Positions 20,326 through 28,684 of a stretch of DNA of 64,000 nucleotides are shown piece after piece. The notes below the pieces were generated by a model. The model did not search any database, was not told the origin of the DNA, and worked only from the letters and a program-made list of their open reading frames with translations. The DNA is taken from assembly GCA_965661985.1 (NCBI GenBank), contig CBFIFY010000002.1:78195-142194 (forward strand), read 5' to 3'. The stretch's first letter is position 1, and every line of letters begins with the position of its first letter. This stretch comes from an uncultured Myxococcota bacterium. Lineage in GTDB: Bacteria; Myxococcota_A; UBA796. The translations under genes were made by a program, and so were the position numbers.

Positions 20326-21330
20326 ATGACTGAACCCATCAAGCTTAGTAAAAAAGATTTCATGTCGGATCAAACCATTCGCTGGTGTCCGGGGTGTGGG
20401 GACTACGCCATTTTGGCTCAGGTTCAAACGGTCTTCGCCGAAATCGGTCGACCGACACACGAATTTGCAGTCATCAGTGGGATTGGCTGTTCTTCACGGT
20501 TTCCATATTACATGAACACCTATGGTTTTCACACAATCCACGGTCGTGCACCCGCATTTGCATCTGGGGTCAAACTTGCAAATCCAGACCTGTCCGTTTG
20601 GCAAATCACTGGAGATGGTGATGCGTTGAGTATTGGTGGCAACCACTTGATTCACGCATTGCGTCGCAATGTGGACATGCAAATTCTCTTGTTCAACAAC
20701 CGCATTTATGGTTTGACTAAGGGGCAATATTCTCCAACATCCGAAGTTGGTAAAAAGACAAAATCTTCTCCAATGGGGTCGGTAGATCATCCTGTTGAGC
20801 CTTGCGCTTTGGCTCTTGGCTCCGATGCAACATTCATTTGTCGAACCATGGACTTGGACGTCAAACACCTGAGAAAAATGTTGCACGAGGCCTATGAACA
20901 CAAGGGCTGTTCCTTTGTCGAGATTTTCCAAGAATGCAACATCTTTAACGAAGGTGCTTTTGACTCTGTGCGCAAGCCCAAGGAGCGAAAGGTCAATGCT
21001 CTATACTGTGAGCATGGAAAGCCATTGATTTTCAACAAGGGTACTCAAGGTATTCGCCTCAACACCAAAACGTTAACGCTGGAAGTCGTCACTTTGGGTG
21101 AAAATGGTATCACTGAGTCTGACCTTTTGGTGCACGACGAAACAAATCTGGCACTGGCAACCATGCTTGTTCGACTCAAAGGACCTGTTGCATTTGGAAT
21201 ACTGTATCGAATTGAACGTGTGTGCTACGAAGATCATGCCCACAACCAAATCGCCAAAGCACAAGAAAAGAGCCCAAATGCAGACATCGCCAGTTTGCTG
21301 TACGCTGACAATACGTGGGTCGTAGAATGA
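20326..21330 (+). CDS. korB: 2-oxoglutarate:ferredoxin oxidoreductase, beta (TPP-binding) subunit
   Basis: WCPGCGDYAIL, GIGCSSRFPYY, and GDGDALSIGGNHLIHALRRN with NNRIYGLTKGQ (TPP-binding fold). Confidence 0.9.
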   Translation: MTEPIKLSKKDFMSDQTIRWCPGCGDYAILAQVQTVFAEIGRPTHEFAVISGIGCSSRFPYYMNTYGFHTIHGRAPAFASGVKLANPDLSVWQITGDGDALSIGGNHLIHALRRNVDMQILLFNNRIYGLTKGQYSPTSEVGKKTKSSPMGSVDHPVEPCALALGSDATFICRTMDLDVKHLRKMLHEAYEHKGCSFVEIFQECNIFNEGAFDSVRKPKERKVNALYCEHGKPLIFNKGTQGIRLNTKTLTLEVVTLGENGITESDLLVHDETNLALATMLVRLKGPVAFGILYRIERVCYEDHAHNQIAKAQEKSPNADIASLLYADNTWVVE

Positions 21331-22124
21331 AACCAATTGCTAAATTGACCCATCCGCCCCGCTTAAAAGGAATCCTGTGCGACATCGATGACACCCTTAC
21401 TCTGCACGGACGCTTGGTGCCTGAAGCTTTTATGGCGCTTCAACGCCTTCAAGATGCGGGTCTACGAGTGGTCCCCATCACAGGTCGACCCGGCGGTTGG
21501 GTTGATCAAATCGCCCGCATGTGGCCTGTTGACGGAGTGGTGGGAGAAAACGGTGGTTTGTGGTACTGGTTGGACGAACAGACCGGTAAACTCGAGCGAC
21601 GCTTCGTGCAAGATGCCAAGACGCGTCTCGAGAACCGTTCAAGATTGGAACACTTGGCAGAAAAGATCTTACAGGAGGTTCCTGGATGTGCACTTGCAAG
21701 TGATCAACCCTATAGGGATTTGGATTTGGCAATTGACTTTTGTGAAGATGTCCCTGCTCTACCGGAATCGGCAATCAATCAAATCGTTAAATGCTTCGAA
21801 GATGCAGGCGCAATTTGCAAAGTGTCTTCCATTCACGTCAATGGCTGGTTTGGAGAATTTGATAAGTTGCACGGCTTCAATGCTTTTCACCAAGACCGCT
21901 GGGGCAAACCAGCAGACTTCTCGGAATGGGCATTCTTCGGAGACTCAGCCAACGATGAGCCGATGTTCAAAGCTTTTGATTGGTCTTTTGGGGTCGCAAA
22001 CGTTCGCGATTTCCTTCCGAGACTGACTCATCCACCCAAGTGGATTACCCCAAGCGAAGGGGGGCATGGCTTTGTCGAGGGCATCGAACTGTTGTTGTCT
22101 GCGTTGGCAGAGACAAAGAACTGA
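21327..22124 (+). CDS. HAD-IIB family hydrolase (sugar-phosphate phosphatase-like)
   Basis: ATG 21327 overlaps the korB stop (ATGA). HAD motif I is ILCDIDDTLT, motif II is VVPITGRP and motif III/IV is FFGDSANDEPMF. Confidence 0.8.
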   Translation: MKPIAKLTHPPRLKGILCDIDDTLTLHGRLVPEAFMALQRLQDAGLRVVPITGRPGGWVDQIARMWPVDGVVGENGGLWYWLDEQTGKLERRFVQDAKTRLENRSRLEHLAEKILQEVPGCALASDQPYRDLDLAIDFCEDVPALPESAINQIVKCFEDAGAICKVSSIHVNGWFGEFDKLHGFNAFHQDRWGKPADFSEWAFFGDSANDEPMFKAFDWSFGVANVRDFLPRLTHPPKWITPSEGGHGFVEGIELLLSALAETKN

Positions 22125-22170
22125 ATATTCAGCATCGTTGGTAAGAAGTCTGCTTGATTTTGGAACTACT

Positions 22171-23271
22171 TTAGTACTCTGCGACAACACCCACACCCAT
22201 TGTCACTGGAAATACACCATTCGGACTTGGGGTATCCAAAAAATATTGGACATTTGGCAACAATGTCAACCAGTCGGCAGCAGCATAGTGGTATTCAATT
22301 TCCACCATGACCTCTCGATTGTCTAAGGAATCAAAAGAATATTGACTCCAAGAGAGTCCCGTAACGAGTAAATCTTGAGCCCTATCCAATAAACTTACAT
22401 CAGATATCCACCCACCAGCGACCCACAAAGGGACTGGATTGACGCTGGGATTCAACCCTTGATTGACGCTTACCCACCCCACAGAATGGTCTCGCACCGG
22501 AAAGGTCACATTTCCATACACACCATGATTGGAGACTCGATCCATGCTCGCTTCATCTCGACTTAGGAATGTTCCCACTTCCCACCCTGTTGTGGGCAAG
22601 GCACTTTCTTCATTGCTGTCGAAGGTGCCATCCAACTGCATAAATCCCAAAAGACCGTTGTCAGGGCTCAATTCCCACTGCCACCCACGAATCGACTCAT
22701 CTGTTCGCATTCTAGACAACTGATACACGCCCGACTTGAGTTGCAAAGTATCAGATAGTGTCAGCCCAACAGCCGCTCCCAAGGAGTTGAATGGTGAGAT
22801 AGGAAATTGTGCCATAGAAATATTGTATTGGTTGTTGAAAGCCGAGTGCACATACAAGCCAGTGGCTTCGGGCGCCACAAAGTCCATATCGGCAGACATC
22901 GACCCCAAATGTATATACCAACGACCATCTCCCGCTTCACGAGTCAGGGACAATTCCCCCAAATAAAAGCCCGCTGGATTGAATATCTCTTGAGGCGGTT
23001 GAACGACACCCATGGTTGCACCCAAATCACCTGTGTCCATATACTGCTGAACATCTACAAACAGAGACCAATGATCCCTTTCGGTCCAAGTGGAAACATC
23101 TTTTCCAAGACCACTACCCATGCGAAGATTCCCTTCAAGGCCATGAACATAATTGATATATGGGTCAGAAAAGACAAGCATCGGTTCGGTGTCGTACATA
23201 CCACCGAGTTCTATCCAAGCGGGAACGCCCGCCTCGGAGTTTCCAAAGAACATACAGAGTGCTAAAAACAT
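22171..23271 (-). CDS. outer-membrane porin, OprB (carbohydrate-selective) family-like
   Basis: Signal peptide MFLALCMFFGNSEA-G and alternating beta-strand pattern. C-terminus EIEYHYAAADWLTLLPNVQYFLDTPSP...VVAEY resembles the OprB family end. The start overlaps the upstream stop by 10 nt. Confidence 0.55.
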   Translation of the reverse strand: MFLALCMFFGNSEAGVPAWIELGGMYDTEPMLVFSDPYINYVHGLEGNLRMGSGLGKDVSTWTERDHWSLFVDVQQYMDTGDLGATMGVVQPPQEIFNPAGFYLGELSLTREAGDGRWYIHLGSMSADMDFVAPEATGLYVHSAFNNQYNISMAQFPISPFNSLGAAVGLTLSDTLQLKSGVYQLSRMRTDESIRGWQWELSPDNGLLGFMQLDGTFDSNEESALPTTGWEVGTFLSRDEASMDRVSNHGVYGNVTFPVRDHSVGWVSVNQGLNPSVNPVPLWVAGGWISDVSLLDRAQDLLVTGLSWSQYSFDSLDNREVMVEIEYHYAAADWLTLLPNVQYFLDTPSPNGVFPVTMGVGVVAEY

Positions 23272-24212
23272 GGACTCTCCACAATGTGAGGAATTTCTTG
23301 GTTGGTAACCCACTGCGATACGATGTGCGCCAACCCTTGTTGAATTTGTTCACCCAAGTGTGGATGATACCCAGCCGCATGCGGTGTAAAGATTAAATTT
23401 CCATGGTGTCTACTGTGATTCAATTCCTCAAAGGGTTCAAAAGGAAAAACATCCAGTCCCAAAAATGACAATCTACCTTCTGACAAAGCCTGAATGGCGG
23501 CAGTGAAGTTTACCAGTTTCCCACGAGCGCAATTGATCAATGTCATTTCATCACAGCGCTTCAACCATTCGTCGTTGATCATGTTTTGACTTGTTGGGTT
23601 CAATGTACACGACAGCAAGGTTACATCTGAACACTGAGGCACATCTTCCAATTCTACCAACGGAACCGAAACCGTATTTGAATCAACGAACGGATCAACA
23701 CCGACCACGTTGGCGCCCAAACCCTGCAATACGGTACACAGTCGCCGACCGATGACCCCAAGCCCAATGACAGCAATGCGCTGATCCTGAATACGTAATG
23801 GCGCGTATTCTGCCAGTTTGGAGCGAGTCCATTGATTGTTCATCGCATCGACTTGAAATTTCCACTGTCGACGGTTGGCATGCAACAACATCGAGAGAAT
23901 GCTCTCCACAACAGCATCCCGACGCAACATGGGCATACGAACGGGTAAAATCCCATTGTCCTTCATCCAACGCCAATCTAAGTGATCAAAACCAGACGTT
24001 GTGGTCACAACCATTTTCACGCTTGGCTTCGAAGACAATTCTTGTTCACCAACGGGCTGTTTGGAATGCACGACCACAATCTCAGCGTCTTGATGGTCTT
24101 CAACAACCTCAACCCACTGAGCAAGAAGTTTTTTTTCACTGGCAATGTGGTGGGCTTGCTCATAAACTGAGCGCCCCCATCGACTGAGTGTTGGCCTTAA
24201 TACAGTAGACAT
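23262..24212 (-). CDS. D-isomer-specific 2-hydroxyacid dehydrogenase family protein
   Basis: NAD-binding IAVIGLGVIGRRL, and the catalytic R/E/H triad context NCARG, LDVFPFEP, TPHAAG. Confidence 0.8.
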   Translation of the reverse strand: MSTVLRPTLSRWGRSVYEQAHHIASEKKLLAQWVEVVEDHQDAEIVVVHSKQPVGEQELSSKPSVKMVVTTTSGFDHLDWRWMKDNGILPVRMPMLRRDAVVESILSMLLHANRRQWKFQVDAMNNQWTRSKLAEYAPLRIQDQRIAVIGLGVIGRRLCTVLQGLGANVVGVDPFVDSNTVSVPLVELEDVPQCSDVTLLSCTLNPTSQNMINDEWLKRCDEMTLINCARGKLVNFTAAIQALSEGRLSFLGLDVFPFEPFEELNHSRHHGNLIFTPHAAGYHPHLGEQIQQGLAHIVSQWVTNQEIPHIVESPCF

Positions 24213-25369
24213 GCGGCACGTTTTGCCATGAAAGGCTCTAATTCAGCATTCATCTGTGCCAACAGTTCGGCGCTGGACACCCCACGTTCCAACCCTTCTC
24301 TGATTTCAGAGCACCCAAACAACAAATCAATCGCAATGGGATCATCCACATACTCATAGGTTTCAGTGCGCCACTCAAACTTTTCGGTGTTTTCTTTGTA
24401 CAGCGCTTCCAGACAAACAATGCCAAGCAACAAAGGGTCGAGAGAGTTGCGATCGGTGACGATGATTTCGATACCGTGACAAACTTCACCACCGTGTTTT
24501 TGAAAGCGTGGTTCAAAGGTGGCGGCTCTAAAGATACAACCTTGAAGCCCATTGGCATTTGATACTTGTCGAATAATGCTCAACAAATTCTGCTTGTTGA
24601 TCCACGGTGCGCCAAACAAATGGAACGGACGTGTTGTTCCACGACCTTCACTGATGTTGGTACCCTCAATCAAACACATGCCTGGATAGATGACAGCCGT
24701 TTCAACCATCGGCATATTGGGGGATGGATAAATCCACGGCAAACCTGTTTCGTCAAAGAAGTGATGTCGGTTCCACGTGTCCATCTCAAAAACCCGCAAA
24801 GCACAATTTAAGCCACAGAATTTTTGAAAGAACAATCCAAGTTCCCCCATCGTCATCGCGTGTCGTGTTGGGATCGGGTATGCCGAAACGAATGACTCAT
24901 AGCCTTCGTGTACAAGATTGCCTTGAACATCCACACCATTGATTGGATTGGGTCTATCCAACACCCAAATTTCGGTATTGGTCGTCGCCGCGACTTCCAT
25001 GATGTACCCAAGAGACGCTTGATAGGTATAATAACGCGAACCGATGTCTTGGATATCAAAGAGAAGTACATCCAAATCGGCCAATGTTTCAGGTTTTGGG
25101 TGCAATGACTCTTCAGTTTCACCATACAAAGACACAGTTTCGATGGTCATTTCGTAGCCTGCTTCATCGACGGAAATCATATCTTGTGCAGTGGCATCGA
25201 TTCCGTGTTCTGGACCAAAGATTCGACGAATCGATACGCCATGCTCCATCAACAGATCCAACAAGTGATTCCCGTGCTGATCAATGGCTGTATGGTTGCA
25301 ACAAACCCCAACAATTTTACCGTTCAACACATCAATGTTCTCAAACAATCGATCCAAACCTGTTTTCAT
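24197..25369 (-). CDS. DUF1343 / NamZ-family exo-beta-N-acetylmuramidase-like protein
   Basis: ATG 25369 (GAGGAGAAAGT upstream). MKTGLDRL...KIVGVCCNHTAID, IFGPEHG, LLFDIQDIGSRYYTY and VLDRPNPI are typical of the DUF1343 family. Confidence 0.8.
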   Translation of the reverse strand: MKTGLDRLFENIDVLNGKIVGVCCNHTAIDQHGNHLLDLLMEHGVSIRRIFGPEHGIDATAQDMISVDEAGYEMTIETVSLYGETEESLHPKPETLADLDVLLFDIQDIGSRYYTYQASLGYIMEVAATTNTEIWVLDRPNPINGVDVQGNLVHEGYESFVSAYPIPTRHAMTMGELGLFFQKFCGLNCALRVFEMDTWNRHHFFDETGLPWIYPSPNMPMVETAVIYPGMCLIEGTNISEGRGTTRPFHLFGAPWINKQNLLSIIRQVSNANGLQGCIFRAATFEPRFQKHGGEVCHGIEIIVTDRNSLDPLLLGIVCLEALYKENTEKFEWRTETYEYVDDPIAIDLLFGCSEIREGLERGVSSAELLAQMNAELEPFMAKRAACLLY

Positions 25370-25515
25370 ACTTTCTCCTCGCCTCTGGTTCGCTAAAATG
25401 TAGTCAGTATCTACAACCATTGCCACCAAATTTATTGACAAGTCAATAGAATAATGACATGTAGCAAATTTTGGGTTAGAAAAGCACATGCCCTTCGTAC
25501 ATTAAGGAAGAATCT

Positions 25516-26691
25516 ATGTCTGAAAAATCTGTTGTTTCCATCGTTCGAACCACTCCCAAAACAGTTCTCTCTGATTATGGTCGCCTCATGGATCTGATCG
25601 AATACCAAAAAATCTTGGACCCAAAGAAAACAACAATTCTCAAGAACAACATCTCTTGGCACATGCTGTACCCTTCAGCCAATACAACCCCATGGCAAGT
25701 TGAAGGTGTGGCGCAAAAATTGCAAACGGATGGTTACGACGACGTCATGGTGTTGGAAAACAGAACTGTGGTAACCCAGGCAAAGAAAGGTGAATTTCTC
25801 AACAACTTTACCCCCGTTCATGAAAAGTATGGGTTGCCTGTCAAATACAATTTCAACCCTGCAGATATGCGGTGGGTGACTTATGAACCCAAAGGACCGA
25901 TGTTGGTCTTGGACAAGATATTTCCCAATGGAATCCGTATCCCCGATTACTTTTTTGACCGCAATGTCATTCACTTGCCAACGGTCAAAACACACATCTA
26001 TACCGATTACACGTGTGCGCTGAAAAATGCATTTGGTGCGCTTCTGGACAAATCTAGACATTATTGTCATTCACAAATCCATGAAACCTTGGTTGACCTT
26101 CTTCGCATTCAACAAGAAGTTCAAGCTGGAACCATTGCCATTGCGGATGGAACAACTGCTGGCTCGGGACCTGGTCCAAGAACCATGACTCCAGTGGTGA
26201 AGAACCTTTTGATCGCATCCGAAGATCAAGTCGCCATTGATGCAGTCGCCGCAAAATTGCTGGGCTTTGACCCGATGACAGTTCCTTGCATTCGCTTGGC
26301 GCATGAAAATGGGTTGGGCAAAGGACGCTTGGATGAAATTGAAGTGATTGGCGACATGGACACAGCTGAAGTCAAAAGAACCAACTGGGAATTTGTGGTG
26401 GGTGACAACGCGGCCTCCAAAGTGGGCGATCTCTTTTGGTTTGGTCCATTGAAACCCCTTGCAAAGTTGATGTTTCAAACGCCAATGGTCAATGCCTTCA
26501 TCATGGGCTCCTTCGTATACCACGATTATATTTGGTACCCCATGCAAGGTCGAAAAGTCGTAGACAAGTGGCTAGCCGAAACAGAATGGGGACAACTCTT
26601 TTTGGAATATGGAAACCCCTTCGATCCTGCACGTGCCCCCAAAACTGGAAAGCGTCAGGCTATGAAAGACATCCTCAGCAATTTCATGTAA
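25516..26691 (+). CDS. DUF362 domain-containing protein
   Basis: LPTVKTHIYTDYTCALKNAFGAL, IADGTTAGSGPGPRTMTP and ASEDQVAIDAVAAKLLGFDP match the DUF362 pattern. Divergent from the NamZ operon. Confidence 0.7.
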   Translation: MSEKSVVSIVRTTPKTVLSDYGRLMDLIEYQKILDPKKTTILKNNISWHMLYPSANTTPWQVEGVAQKLQTDGYDDVMVLENRTVVTQAKKGEFLNNFTPVHEKYGLPVKYNFNPADMRWVTYEPKGPMLVLDKIFPNGIRIPDYFFDRNVIHLPTVKTHIYTDYTCALKNAFGALLDKSRHYCHSQIHETLVDLLRIQQEVQAGTIAIADGTTAGSGPGPRTMTPVVKNLLIASEDQVAIDAVAAKLLGFDPMTVPCIRLAHENGLGKGRLDEIEVIGDMDTAEVKRTNWEFVVGDNAASKVGDLFWFGPLKPLAKLMFQTPMVNAFIMGSFVYHDYIWYPMQGRKVVDKWLAETEWGQLFLEYGNPFDPARAPKTGKRQAMKDILSNFM

Positions 26692-26753
26692 ACTGCCATC
26701 CATACTTGATTGAATCCAACTCTACAATCAAAGGTATTGTTACCAAAACAAAA

Positions 26754-26773
26754 AGCCCCGCAGTTGCGGGGCT
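26754..26773. terminator. bidirectional rho-independent terminator hairpin between convergent genes
   Basis: aaaaAGCCCCGCagttGCGGGGCTttcg: a perfect 8-bp GC-rich stem with a 4-nt loop. It has an A-run on one side and a short T-run on the other, and lies between the 26691 and 26796 gene ends. Confidence 0.75.
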
Positions 26774-26795
26774 TTCGTCGTTGATGGGCAGTTGC

Positions 26796-28640
26796 TTATT
26801 CAGCCTCTGTCGCTTCTTCTGCAGAATCTTCCACGTAATCATCACCATGGTGCTTGTCGATGCGGAAGATAACACGTCTATTGTTGTGACGGCCTTCTTC
26901 AGTATCGTTGGTGTCGATTGGCTTTTCTTCACCAAAACCAGTTGCGTCCAATCGTTCAGGGGCGACACCCTTAGCAATTAAGTATTTCATCACTTCATCT
27001 GCACGGTCCTGAGACAACTTCTTGTTGTATTTATCGTCCCCTTGAGAATCGGTGTGCCCTTCAATGTGAACCAACTCAATACGATCATGATGGTTGAGAA
27101 TCTCAGCAACTTCATCCAACAAATCGTGTGAACGTTCATCAATGATGTGCGAGTTTGTTTTGAAGAATACTTTGTCCAAGATTTCCAAATCGTGCGTCAC
27201 TTTTGATTCTTTTGCAACGAGGTGCACCACTTCTGTATCGTTCGCCACAATCGTGATGGTTTCCTTCAGCATACGGAATCCAGGTGCTTGAACGATGACT
27301 TCGTGCTCACCTGGAATCAATGGAACGACGTACCCAGTTGGTTGCATACTGGCGCCTTTCACACCATCAATAGACCACGTTGCATATGGTACTGGCTTGT
27401 CCAATTCATCTCGAACCACAACCTTCAATGACCCCATGACAGCATCAATCTCAATGATGACATCCTGTTCTTCTTGATCTTTCACTTCAACCATGGTTGG
27501 TTCAGAAGTGTAGCGTGGATCGTCGATGTCGATCTCCACCGTGCCCGCTTGCATGTAGAAAGATGTGTGTCCAGGACCAGAGAATTTCCCATCGGCCGTG
27601 GTCCAATGCGCATCGCGGATCTCATGTCCCAAATGATCCATCAACAAAACATTGACTTTGGTGGGATCCGGACAGCCGTCTTGATCTTCAAACCCATCGA
27701 TATCTTCTGGCGTTGCAGGACAGATATCAGAGTGATCAACCACACCGTCCATATCTGTATCCGTCTCAGTTTTGTGTAAGAAGGACACTGACAACACACC
27801 ACGCCAGTCAGGTGTGGTCATCCCTGTCGAAAGACCTTTCGCCACACCGGCACGCACTTGGTAAATCTCATGAACAGCATACCAACCGCTCAGCATTGCC
27901 TCCATGGACAAACCATCACCATTCATCTGCTCATAGAGACCAGCCATGTTGTACTCAAAAGCCATTCCAGAAGTGCGTTCTTCATTGAACGGATGACCAT
28001 ACCCAACACGAGCCAACAACTGATTGCCCCAAGTGATGGACTCTGTTTCCACTGTCGGTTGTTGACGGTGTCCAACATTGATGGCCAACACAGAACGTCC
28101 CAAGTGTGCATCCATGGCACCCTCAACCTCAAACATCAACCCATCGGTTCCCAAAGGAGAATTGGTCGTGGTCGTTGGCAACGAAGAACGTGCATTCACG
28201 GCCATACCGATGCGGTGGGTATTTCGATCGAGCAGTTGCATTTTCACATCTGCCATCATTTCCCCAAGACCCAATTCACTCAAGTCCTCTGAGTTTGCCA
28301 CACCTGGAACAGACTCTCCAGTTGCTTGTAAAATAATTGGTGCTGACACCGCATAGCGCAAGCGACCCTTGGTAAATCCAGCCGAAACGTCCATCTGTGT
28401 CACTGAGTCCAATAGATTGTATGTCTCGCCAGTATAGTCTTGATAGGCCATCGGCGCCTTGGCATAGGAGAAGGTGTTTCGATAGTTGAACGTTCCCGAA
28501 CGGCCCATAGACGTATCGTTCAACCATAAAAACTGGTAAGAGTCGACAGCTGGTCTGAAGGATTGTGCGTTGAACTGAGGGATTTCTCCCCCTTTAATTT
28601 CTTGGGCTGATGCCAACCCAATCAACAAAGATAAAATCAT
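26796..28640 (-). CDS. OmpA-family outer-membrane protein (beta-barrel + TSP3-like loops + Ig-like domain + OmpA C-terminal peptidoglycan-binding domain)
   Basis: Signal peptide MILSLLIGLASA-QE. The linker is DTDMDGVVDHSDICPATPEDIDGFEDQDGCPD. The C-terminus HIEGHTDSQGDDKYNKKLSQDRADEV...GFGEEKP...NRRV is the OmpA_C signature. Confidence 0.85.
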   Translation of the reverse strand: MILSLLIGLASAQEIKGGEIPQFNAQSFRPAVDSYQFLWLNDTSMGRSGTFNYRNTFSYAKAPMAYQDYTGETYNLLDSVTQMDVSAGFTKGRLRYAVSAPIILQATGESVPGVANSEDLSELGLGEMMADVKMQLLDRNTHRIGMAVNARSSLPTTTTNSPLGTDGLMFEVEGAMDAHLGRSVLAINVGHRQQPTVETESITWGNQLLARVGYGHPFNEERTSGMAFEYNMAGLYEQMNGDGLSMEAMLSGWYAVHEIYQVRAGVAKGLSTGMTTPDWRGVLSVSFLHKTETDTDMDGVVDHSDICPATPEDIDGFEDQDGCPDPTKVNVLLMDHLGHEIRDAHWTTADGKFSGPGHTSFYMQAGTVEIDIDDPRYTSEPTMVEVKDQEEQDVIIEIDAVMGSLKVVVRDELDKPVPYATWSIDGVKGASMQPTGYVVPLIPGEHEVIVQAPGFRMLKETITIVANDTEVVHLVAKESKVTHDLEILDKVFFKTNSHIIDERSHDLLDEVAEILNHHDRIELVHIEGHTDSQGDDKYNKKLSQDRADEVMKYLIAKGVAPERLDATGFGEEKPIDTNDTEEGRHNNRRVIFRIDKHHGDDYVEDSAEEATEAE

Positions 28641-28684
28641 GATTTCCTCACGGATAAAAATTGTGTTTGTATTCGATATTCAAT

